In this document: positions 29,243-37,528 of the stretch, piece after piece
Layout: each line of letters begins with the position of its first letter
How positions within the stretch are numbered: the stretch's first letter is position 1
DNA from: Sphingobacteriales bacterium
GTDB lineage: Bacteria; Bacteroidota; Bacteroidia; Chitinophagales; Chitinophagaceae
NCBI GenBank assembly: GCA_016192105.1
Contig: JACPUV010000009.1
Location: forward strand, 3,311 to 67,310
Direction: 5' to 3'
Length of the DNA stretch: 64,000 bases
The notes under the pieces: generated by a model
Seen by the model: the letters and a program-made list of their open reading frames with translations, nothing else
Database searches by the model: none
Told to the model about the DNA's origin: nothing
Program-made: the position numbers and the translations under genes

Positions 29243-29278
29243 TCAGGACAAAAATTTTTTTAAAAAGGGCACATGCCC

Positions 29279-29286
29279 TATTTTTG
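29279..29286 (+). promoter_or_regulatory. Bacteroidota -7 element for the tRNA-Gly/tRNA-Leu pair
   Basis: TATTTTTG(CA) matches TAnnTTTG about 50 nt before tRNA-Gly. Confidence 0.5.
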
Positions 29287-29338
29287 CATCCCGCTTTCAG
29301 AAAGGGGGCACTACAATCAGTTCTTTTGATATAATCTT

Positions 29339-29411
<73 letters not shown>

Positions 29412-29452
29412 CACGAAGTCCTCTCTTGATCAAGAGGGGATTTTTTTTGGTT

Positions 29453-29538
29453 GCCCTGGTGGTGGAATTGGTAGACACGCAGGACTTAAAATCCTGTGGC
29501 CAGCAATGGCCGTATCGGTTCAACTCCGATCCGGGGCA
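29453..29538 (+). tRNA. tRNA-Leu(TAA)
   Basis: GCCCTGGTGGTGGAATTGGTAGACAC...CAGGA CTTAAAA TCCTG, long variable arm, ...CCGGGGCA. Confidence 0.95.
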
Positions 29539-29544
29539 CTTGTT

Positions 29545-29576
29545 AGCCAGCTTTTTTAGAAAGGCTGGCTATTTTT
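29545..29576 (+). terminator. Hairpin/terminator after the tRNA pair
   Basis: agccagcttt...aaggctggct stem followed by attttt. Confidence 0.55.
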
Positions 29577-29714
29577 GTATATATACTTTACTCACAAAAG
29601 CTGAAGAAATTCTATACTGGAACAACAACTGAAGTTGAAAGACGTCTTGCCGGGCACAACTCAGGGGTTTATGAAGACCCATTTACTTTCAGGCAACGAT
29701 TAATTAGCCGGTAA
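29565..29714 (+). pseudogene. Truncated GIY-YIG nuclease (not in the ORF track)
   Basis: Hand translation LAIFVYILYSQKLKKFYTGTTTEVERRLAGHNSGVYEDPFTFRQRLISR* carries the VYIL...YTG...RL..HN.G motif but has no ATG and is only about half length. Confidence 0.7.
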
Positions 29715-29878
29715 GACGGGAACTGCGGCAAGGGAAGTGACTACAAGCTATCTCAAAGCTGCTACAAAGTAATAGCCCGTAAGACGGGTAGTATTGGCCC
29801 CAGCCACTATTTACATACCGTCTTATCGCCTTCCCGGCAAAAAAATACTTTTGAGATGACTTCTAAATAAATCAGCCA

Positions 29879-30730
29879 TTAAAAGGTATAGGAAAACTCA
29901 ATCTTCCCCGTGATCTGCTTGTCGCTGTTGAACAACACTTCCTTTGTCTTAAGGCCTTTGTCATTGTAAATATACCGCCAGATCAGGTAACCCAGGTGCA
30001 GGCTGGAGGTAGTGGTGGTTTTCTGGGCGACCCGGCCATTTTCATCGTATTCAAACATAATATCGGGCAACAGTTTCTTCAGGCGGGTATTAAAGCGCAC
30101 AATATCCAGCAGGCGGCCCTGGTCATCATAATAATAATACAGGTAACCCGTTTCCACCCCCCTGCGGAATGTCCTTTCTTCCGCTATAAGACCTTTTTCA
30201 TCCGGTACAAAACGTATTTCCAGGCTGTCGGGACTGTTATCCCCGCCGGTATTGCCGATCACCCGCCACATTTTTTCGGGTTTGCCGGAGTCATTATAAT
30301 ACCACCAATGGGTTTCAGTATGATTGAAGGAATTGGCGGAGTCCAGTACTTTGTTCTCGACCCGGCTGATCCGCCCTGCCGCATCATAGGTATAGGTGGT
30401 TATCCCCTGGATTTCGGCTGCCGAATCCGTAATGCTGATGACCCGCCCTTCGTTATCAAAACGGGTGAGGGTTACAGTTTTCTTTAATCCGGAAATGGAG
30501 GATTGTCTCAGCAACTGCCCGTTTTCCCGGATCTCGCTTACTTCAGCAAAATCAGTGGCTTTTACACCCTTACCGTCGTAACCGGTGGCGGTTACCATTT
30601 TCACCTTATTCGCCAGGAAATTTTGCATCAGCTGGCGGGTTTCCGCGCTGCCGAGAATATCATCATAATAATACTGGGAAGACATGGCCAGCGAAACAAG
30701 GAGGAGAAACAAAAGGAAAGAGAATCTCAT
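29879..30730 (-). CDS. Exported hypothetical protein with YD-like beta-hairpin repeats
   Basis: Signal peptide; repeated Y.YD..GR units. Confidence 0.7.
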   Translation of the reverse strand: MRFSFLLFLLLVSLAMSSQYYYDDILGSAETRQLMQNFLANKVKMVTATGYDGKGVKATDFAEVSEIRENGQLLRQSSISGLKKTVTLTRFDNEGRVISITDSAAEIQGITTYTYDAAGRISRVENKVLDSANSFNHTETHWWYYNDSGKPEKMWRVIGNTGGDNSPDSLEIRFVPDEKGLIAEERTFRRGVETGYLYYYYDDQGRLLDIVRFNTRLKKLLPDIMFEYDENGRVAQKTTTTSSLHLGYLIWRYIYNDKGLKTKEVLFNSDKQITGKIEFSYTF

Positions 30731-30794
30731 GGGCTGATACTGTTTAATCGGGTAAAGTTACCAGAATTGTCCAGTAACGAAAAAGAAAGCCGGC

Positions 30795-31910
30795 TTGTAT
30801 TTTTTGTACTTATTTTTAAGAAAAATTTATTCTGTGTCACACAAGACCCGGCGAAAGGAAAAAAACTGTCTGAATTGCGGCACCCTTGTGGAAGAGCGGT
30901 ATTGCCCCCATTGCGGCCAGGAAAACGTGGAACCACATGAGTCGTTCTGGCACATGGTTAAACATTTTTTGTACGATATCACCCATTTCGACAGCAAGTT
31001 TTTTGATTCGATGAAATTCCTCCTGCTGAAACCGGGTTTCCTGCCGCTGGAATATACCCGGGGACGAAGGGCCCGTTACCTGAACCCGGTAAAAAAATAT
31101 GTGTTCACTTCTGCCTTGTTCTTTATCGCTTTTTTCGGGCTGTTCAAAACCGGGGATACGATTAAGTTCAATATGAACAAACCTATTGACAAGGCGGAAC
31201 GGACCCGGTTAATAAACAAAGGAAAGGAAAGCCTGCAAAAAGATCCGGCCGAAAAATCATGGACTGCGGCCCTTCAATTGCTCGAGGATTCAACCCGGCC
31301 GCTTACCATGAACGACCTGGCTCCCCTCCTGGGAGATTTTAATTATATTAATATCAGCGGGCGGTCTTACCGGGACAGGGAGGAGTATGATTCTGTTCAA
31401 AAGAGCCTGCCATACGGGCAACGGGACAACCGGTTGCTGCGGCTGATCCAGTACAAGAATCTTGAGCTGAAAGAAAAATATAAAACGGATCCCCGCAGCG
31501 GTATGAATAAAATGGCGGAAACCTTTCTTCACAAACTGCCGTACCTTTTATTTATGTCCCTTCCCTTATTCGCCCTGGCGCTGAAACTGCTTTACCTCCG
31601 GAGGAAGCAGTTCTATTATGCCGATCATGCCATTTTCACCGTGTATCACTACATTTTTTCATTCTTTCTGCTCCTGTTTGTGTTTGGATTCGACAAACTG
31701 GGGAAACTGACCCATGCCGGTTTTTTTGACTGGCTGACTGTCCTGGCATTTCTTTCCGGGGGGCCGTATCTTTATTTTTCCATGAAAAGGTTTTACGGGC
31801 AGGGCCATTTTAAGACCTTCCTTAAATTTTTATTACTCAATATAACCGCGCTGATCATCATGATGGTATTGTTCTTTGCCTTTTTGATCTTCTCCGTATT
31901 TGAAATCTGA
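30795..31910 (+). CDS. DUF3667-type membrane protein
   Basis: CLNCG...YCPHCGQEN zinc ribbon, KPGFL..EY..GRRARY..P, multiple TM helices. Start probably GTG near 30834. Confidence 0.8.
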   Translation: MYFLYLFLRKIYSVSHKTRRKEKNCLNCGTLVEERYCPHCGQENVEPHESFWHMVKHFLYDITHFDSKFFDSMKFLLLKPGFLPLEYTRGRRARYLNPVKKYVFTSALFFIAFFGLFKTGDTIKFNMNKPIDKAERTRLINKGKESLQKDPAEKSWTAALQLLEDSTRPLTMNDLAPLLGDFNYINISGRSYRDREEYDSVQKSLPYGQRDNRLLRLIQYKNLELKEKYKTDPRSGMNKMAETFLHKLPYLLFMSLPLFALALKLLYLRRKQFYYADHAIFTVYHYIFSFFLLLFVFGFDKLGKLTHAGFFDWLTVLAFLSGGPYLYFSMKRFYGQGHFKTFLKFLLLNITALIIMMVLFFAFLIFSVFEI

Positions 31911-31915
31911 TTACC

Positions 31916-32692
31916 ATGCCGACAACCAATGAAGCCGCTTTTTCCCGCCTGGTCGGGATTATGAATGATCTCCGGGAAAAATGTCCCTGGGACCGCAAAC
32001 AGACTGTTCAGTCGTTGCGGCAGATGACCATTGAAGAAACCTATGAACTGGCCGATGCGATTACGGAAAATAACTGGTCGGCTATCCGGGAAGAATTGGG
32101 AGACCTGCTGCTGCATATTGTATTTTATGCCAAAATCGGGAGCGAGCAAAAGCAGTTTGAACTAACCGATGTGATCAACGGGATCTGTGATAAACTGGTG
32201 GCCCGGCATCCGCATGTTTACGGGAACCTGGAAGTGAAGGACGATGAGGAAGTAAAAAGAAACTGGGAAAAACTGAAATTAAAAGAAGGCAAAAAATCCG
32301 TCCTGAGCGGAGTGCCGCTTTCGCTGCCGGCTGTGGTGAAAGCCATGCGCCTGCAGGAAAAAGCCAAACAGGTGGGCTTTGAATGGGATACCAGGGAGCA
32401 GGTCTGGGAAAAAGTGGAAGAAGAAATACAGGAACTGAAAGCAGCCCTGGAAAGCGGGAGCCCGGATAAAACGGAGGAGGAATTCGGGGATGTGATGTTC
32501 TCCCTGGTTAATTACGCACGGTTTTTGCAGGTGGATGCCGAAAATGCCCTGGAACGAACCAATAAAAAGTTTATCCACCGGTTTACCAGCATGGAACAAC
32601 TGGCCCTTCAAAATGGCCGGCGGCTGGATGAAATGACCCTGCAGGAAATGGACGCCATCTGGAATACCATCAAACAACAGCGAACCGAATAA
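31916..32692 (+). CDS. mazG: Nucleoside triphosphate pyrophosphohydrolase MazG
   Basis: LREKCPWDRKQT...EETYEL...EELGDLLL...RHPHV; second domain EEFGD. Confidence 0.95.
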   Translation: MPTTNEAAFSRLVGIMNDLREKCPWDRKQTVQSLRQMTIEETYELADAITENNWSAIREELGDLLLHIVFYAKIGSEQKQFELTDVINGICDKLVARHPHVYGNLEVKDDEEVKRNWEKLKLKEGKKSVLSGVPLSLPAVVKAMRLQEKAKQVGFEWDTREQVWEKVEEEIQELKAALESGSPDKTEEEFGDVMFSLVNYARFLQVDAENALERTNKKFIHRFTSMEQLALQNGRRLDEMTLQEMDAIWNTIKQQRTE

Positions 32693-35600
32693 GTGAAGCC
32701 CGCATCTGTAAATACCTTTTGGGGTAAATATATCTTCCTGGCCCTGGCTGTACTGCTCATGGCCCTGTCATTTTTCTTTAATACACTGTATTCCAACCGT
32801 ACTTCTGTTGTCCGCGAAGCGGGGTTGGCGGAGGATTACATCCGGGAACAGCAAAATGATTTTACTTCCTTTTTAAAGGATACAGCCCTGGTGAGAAGAC
32901 TGTCTGCCCGGACAGAATCCTATGGGGAACTGGACAGGATGACTGCAAAAAAATATGGCATTTTCCTGTACCAGATCGGTGATTTCGGGGAAGTGAAAAT
33001 GCTGAACTGGGGCGACCAGCTGATCGTCCCGCCTCCGGAAATGTTTACGGCGGCAGACGGTGAATATTTTATCAAATTATCAAACGGGTGGTATTATATC
33101 ATTAAGCAGACCCTCTACGGCAGCGGGGCCGACCTCGCTTTTGCCATGGTGCCGGTATGGTCCGAATTCTTTATTGAAACAGACTACCTGCCCCAGCGGT
33201 TTATGTTCAGCGAGGAAGCCGGGAAACGGGTACGATTAAGCGAAATGGCGACGGAGTTCCCCGTACGGACACTGAGCGGGAAAGCGCTGTTTTACCTGGA
33301 GAAAAAGACCGCCCTGGCGGTTCCGTTTAACGACCGGCTCACGATCTGGCTCCGGTTTGGCGGGCTCTTTTTTTTATTACTTTTTGTCCACCTGGTGGCG
33401 GAAACAGTGGCCCGGAGATACGGTCCCTGGAAAGCAACAGGCTTATTGCTGACCGGGCTGGTACTGCTCCGGGGGCTTACCTACCTGTTCCCGCTGTTAC
33501 TGAATCTCCGGCAGTTTGAAATATTTAACCCGGTCATTTATGGTTCCGATCCCATCCAGCGTTCACTGGGCGATTTGCTGATCAATGCGGGCCTGTTGTG
33601 CTGGCTGGTATTATTTGCCTGGTATAAAATCAAGGATATCGAAAATCCGTTTGACGGCATTCCGGCGAAGGGACGCTGGCTGCCGGGTATATTCTCACTT
33701 GCATTGCTGATCCTGTCCAGTTTTTTACTGGCCAATGTGGTCCGCAGCATGGTGGCGGACTCAAAGATCTCATTCGATGTAACGAACTTTTTCAGCATGG
33801 ACCGTTACACGGTGGCGGGTTTTGCGGTGCTGGCCTGTTTGTCCTTGTCCTATTATTACCTGTCACAGTTATTGTACCGTTTTATATTCCCGCTTTTTGC
33901 CGGCCACAATTACCTTATTTATTTTTCGATCGGTTTCGCGGGACTTCTGTACCTGACCACCCGCTCCGGTAACCCGCAGGTCCTGTTTTACCTGCCGGTC
34001 CTGTGCTGGTTGCTGGCCTATACCTGGCTGATCCAGCGGCAGGGTACTATCTTTTCCCGGCTGCGGGTGAATATGGGTGGGATACTGGCCTGGCTGTTCA
34101 TTTTCTCAGTATCCATTGCCGCGATCATGCTGTCGGAGAATAAAAAAGTAGAGTGGGAGAAAAGAAAAAGAATGGCGGATAAGATGGCGGTACAAACTGA
34201 TAAATCCAGCGAGATGCTGATGAGTATCGCCATCCAGTACCTGGATAATGATTTCCTGCGGGAGAATTTCAGCCGTTTTGGGAATCCGGAAAACGGGAAG
34301 CAGATCCGGGACAGCATCATCAACGATAATTACCGCGGTTACCTGAACCGCTACGATACCCGCCTGTATGTATATGATGCATTCAACCGCCCATTATACA
34401 ATGATGACCCGACCACCTATGAATCACTTAATACGATCCTGACGGTACAGTCCAAGCGCACACAGGTGGAAGGATTGTATTACTATGAAACCTCTTTTGA
34501 TAAATTCAATTATATTACCCGCCGGGAGATCCGGGATACCAGCGATAATCGCCTTGGTACTTTTTTTATTGTCTCCAATCCCAAAAGCTTCAGCAATGAA
34601 GCCCTGTTTCCCGAATTGTTCCGGCAGTTCAAAAAAGTGGACCCGGAGAATTCACCCACCTATTCCATTGCCGTATATGCGGGAGGCCGCCTGATCTCCC
34701 AGCCCGGTAATTATCCCTTCCCGATCTGGCTGAAACCGGAAGAACTGCCAAAAACTGAATTCCAGCCGAGGACAAACGGGGAGTATGATGAGCTTTGGTA
34801 CCGTGCGGGATCGGAGAAAGTGGTGGTCATTGCAAGGAAAAAGGAAACCTTTATACAGGCGATCACTCTTTTCTCCTATATATTCTGTTCTTTCCTTTTT
34901 GTCGTAACACTGGTGCAATTGCTCAGTTTTGTATTCCGTACCGGGCTCAGCCGTGCCGGCATCAAACAGATGCTGCAGCTGACCATCCGCCGGCAGATCC
35001 ACAGTACATTTATCTTTATCAGTGTATTTTCTTTCCTGGTAATCTTTGCCGCAACCGTATCTTCCTTTATCAACCGGTATGAACAAAACAACAGTGATAA
35101 GCTGAGCCGTACCATGAAGATCATGGTAAACGAGATGCAGAAAAAGATGGCGGATCACACGACGTTTGATGATGTGATCAAGATCTATGATTCGGTTTCC
35201 AATACCGGGCTGCAGGGACTGGTGGATGAAGTATCGGATATACACGGGGTGGATGTGAATGTGTATGACCTGTCCGGTAACCTGCAGGTTTCTTCCGAAG
35301 CCAATGTGTACAATAAGGGGGTATTGAGTAAAAAAATGGACCCGGTGGCCTATTACAACCTGGAGAAACTCCGGAAAGTGCAGTTCCTGCAAAAAGAGAA
35401 GGTGGGCAATTTCTCCTATTATAGTATGTACAGCCCGGTCCGGGATGCCGATGGCCAGGCCTATGCGTATATCAATATACCTTATTTCACTTCGCAGCCG
35501 GAATTGGAGAAAGAAATTTCGAATTTCCTGGTTACCATCATCAACCTGAATGCGTTTATTTTCCTGATCGCCGGCCTGATCGCCCTCTTTATCACCAACC

Positions 35601-36439
35601 GGATCACGGATTCTTTTTCCCTGATCAGTGATAAGATGAAAGAAGTAAACCTGGGCAAGATGAACGAAGCCATTCTCTGGAGCCGGAACGACGAGATCGG
35701 GGAACTGGTGCAGGAGTACAATAAAATGGTGGCCAAGCTGGGAGAAAGCGCCGCTGCCCTGGCCAAGAGCGAAAGGGAAGGAGCCTGGCGGGAAATGGCG
35801 CGGCAGGTGGCGCACGAGATCAAGAACCCGCTCACCCCGATGAAACTGAGCATCCAGTACCTGCAAAAGGCCATCCACAATAACCAGGAGAATGTAAAAG
35901 AATTATCGGCCAATGTGGCCAATACCCTGGTGGAGCAAATTGATCACCTGTCCAAGATCGCGGCCGACTTTTCACAATTTGCCAATATCGGCAATACCAA
36001 TATCGCGGTCTTTGACCTCCATGAAGTGATCGCTTCGCTCCGGGAATTGTATGCAGCCAATGAAAAAGTGAGCTTTGGCTGGAATCCCGAACCCGGCCAG
36101 CTGATGATGCAGGCCGATAAAACACAGATGAACCGGTTGTTCACCAACCTGTTTGCCAATGCCACAGAAGCCTGCGCTGAAAAAGAGCATTGCCGGATCC
36201 TGGTAAACGAAAAAAGGGAAGGCCAGGCCATACATATCACGGTCCGTGATAACGGGGAAGGCATTCCTCCCGGTATGCAGGAACGGATCTTTGTTCCCAA
36301 TTTCACCACTAAATCATCAGGAACCGGGCTGGGGCTTGCCATGTGCAAAGGAATCGTAGAGCAGGCAAAAGGCAGGATCTGGTTTGAAACAGAACAGGGT
36401 GCCGGTACAGTTTTCCATGTGGAATTACCCATCCTGTAA
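32693..36439 (+). CDS. Large multi-TM sensor histidine kinase with HAMP domain
   Basis: 1248 aa, many TM helices, DEIGELVQEYN HAMP, MARQVAHEIKNPLTP, DNGEGI, FTTKSSGTGLGL. Confidence 0.92.
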   Translation: MKPASVNTFWGKYIFLALAVLLMALSFFFNTLYSNRTSVVREAGLAEDYIREQQNDFTSFLKDTALVRRLSARTESYGELDRMTAKKYGIFLYQIGDFGEVKMLNWGDQLIVPPPEMFTAADGEYFIKLSNGWYYIIKQTLYGSGADLAFAMVPVWSEFFIETDYLPQRFMFSEEAGKRVRLSEMATEFPVRTLSGKALFYLEKKTALAVPFNDRLTIWLRFGGLFFLLLFVHLVAETVARRYGPWKATGLLLTGLVLLRGLTYLFPLLLNLRQFEIFNPVIYGSDPIQRSLGDLLINAGLLCWLVLFAWYKIKDIENPFDGIPAKGRWLPGIFSLALLILSSFLLANVVRSMVADSKISFDVTNFFSMDRYTVAGFAVLACLSLSYYYLSQLLYRFIFPLFAGHNYLIYFSIGFAGLLYLTTRSGNPQVLFYLPVLCWLLAYTWLIQRQGTIFSRLRVNMGGILAWLFIFSVSIAAIMLSENKKVEWEKRKRMADKMAVQTDKSSEMLMSIAIQYLDNDFLRENFSRFGNPENGKQIRDSIINDNYRGYLNRYDTRLYVYDAFNRPLYNDDPTTYESLNTILTVQSKRTQVEGLYYYETSFDKFNYITRREIRDTSDNRLGTFFIVSNPKSFSNEALFPELFRQFKKVDPENSPTYSIAVYAGGRLISQPGNYPFPIWLKPEELPKTEFQPRTNGEYDELWYRAGSEKVVVIARKKETFIQAITLFSYIFCSFLFVVTLVQLLSFVFRTGLSRAGIKQMLQLTIRRQIHSTFIFISVFSFLVIFAATVSSFINRYEQNNSDKLSRTMKIMVNEMQKKMADHTTFDDVIKIYDSVSNTGLQGLVDEVSDIHGVDVNVYDLSGNLQVSSEANVYNKGVLSKKMDPVAYYNLEKLRKVQFLQKEKVGNFSYYSMYSPVRDADGQAYAYINIPYFTSQPELEKEISNFLVTIINLNAFIFLIAGLIALFITNRITDSFSLISDKMKEVNLGKMNEAILWSRNDEIGELVQEYNKMVAKLGESAAALAKSEREGAWREMARQVAHEIKNPLTPMKLSIQYLQKAIHNNQENVKELSANVANTLVEQIDHLSKIAADFSQFANIGNTNIAVFDLHEVIASLRELYAANEKVSFGWNPEPGQLMMQADKTQMNRLFTNLFANATEACAEKEHCRILVNEKREGQAIHITVRDNGEGIPPGMQERIFVPNFTTKSSGTGLGLAMCKGIVEQAKGRIWFETEQGAGTVFHVELPIL

Positions 36440-36606
36440 TAGTAGTTCTGCTGAAGCGCTGCCGGAAGCACTTTGAATCTTTACTGAAGATATTCACATT
36501 TGGCGCTTTGTTATCCTCCTCCGCGTGCATGGCATTTTTTTTGCACATTTTGTGAGGCACCATATATCCTGTCGGGTTTCACCAGCCCGGTTAAGACACT
36601 GATTAC

Positions 36607-36855
36607 ATGAAAGACTTTTCCCGTTTTATGGTTACCCCTAACCCGGTACCCCTCAATGCCAGTATTACGGTTCAGTTTCCTCTTGTTGCCTCACCCGCCG
36701 AATCGTATCACATAACTGATGATAACGGCCAGCTGATCCGGAGAGGTAAGATCCAGGACAGGGACCGGGAATTATCCCTGAGTACCGGTGGTATGCAGGA
36801 TGGTGTGTACTGGCTGGTCGTGGGGGATTGCCGGGAGCGCTTTACCATTGTCTGA
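36607..36855 (+). CDS. Stand-alone T9SS type-A sorting-domain-like protein
   Basis: 82 aa: V.PNP...ITVQF...Y.I.D.NGQLI..G...LS.GGM.DGVYWLVV. No signal peptide or cargo domain. Confidence 0.55.
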   Translation: MKDFSRFMVTPNPVPLNASITVQFPLVASPAESYHITDDNGQLIRRGKIQDRDRELSLSTGGMQDGVYWLVVGDCRERFTIV

Positions 36856-36861
36856 TCCGGA

Positions 36862-37314
36862 TCAATCCCATACATATTTCCAGCTGCCGTCGGATTGTTT
36901 CTTCCAAACCGTATGAAAAATCCCGCGGCTGCTCGTTTGTTTTCCGCTGCTGTCTGTCGAAATCCATTCATACTTTCCATAGGTATAACCCAGGTCACCG
37001 TTTATGCTGACCTCAATAAAATCGGGTGACCAGGTAACCCGGGCCGTTTTATAAACCGGGGCGCTGTAGAAATTACGGATGCCTTCCCTGCCCCTGATGA
37101 GACTGTCATTACCTCTTTTGATCACCGCCATTGAATCGGCAAAGAAATAAAAGGCGGCTTCGATTCCTTTACCGGCGGCCATACCGGCAAACGCTTTTTC
37201 CGTTCCGGCAATTTCCGCAATGGCTCTTTCTTTAGCCGGAGAAGTAACTGGATTGCAGCCCCAAAAAAATAAACTGAAAAGCAGGATAATCAGGGTTGAA
37301 CGAGTGCTGAACAT
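36862..37314 (-). CDS. NTF2-like (DUF4440/SnoaL-like) lipoprotein
   Basis: Lipobox FFWG|C; GDLGYTYGKY...G.FHTVWKKQ.DGSWK.VWD. Confidence 0.85.
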   Translation of the reverse strand: MFSTRSTLIILLFSLFFWGCNPVTSPAKERAIAEIAGTEKAFAGMAAGKGIEAAFYFFADSMAVIKRGNDSLIRGREGIRNFYSAPVYKTARVTWSPDFIEVSINGDLGYTYGKYEWISTDSSGKQTSSRGIFHTVWKKQSDGSWKYVWD

Positions 37315-37528
37315 CTAAGACTGTTTTTGAATTGTATTATGAATTTAACCCTTTTTTTAACCAGGTATTTCCGGGTATTACCAACACCTGAACCGGGTCG
37401 CCTATCAAAAAATCAGTGGATACACTCATTTGGGGAAGAGAGAGGAGAAAAAAAACTGACTTTATCTTCTCCATGCTATCTTTAGGTCTCTTTTTTAACG
37501 ATGCAGCAGCCACGCAGGATAAACGGGT

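Noticed and set aside
29700-29830. Possible structured ncRNA (gtaagacggg twice, ccgtcttat complement)
   Set aside because: The matches are only 9-10 bp and I cannot assign a family or a convincing fold.
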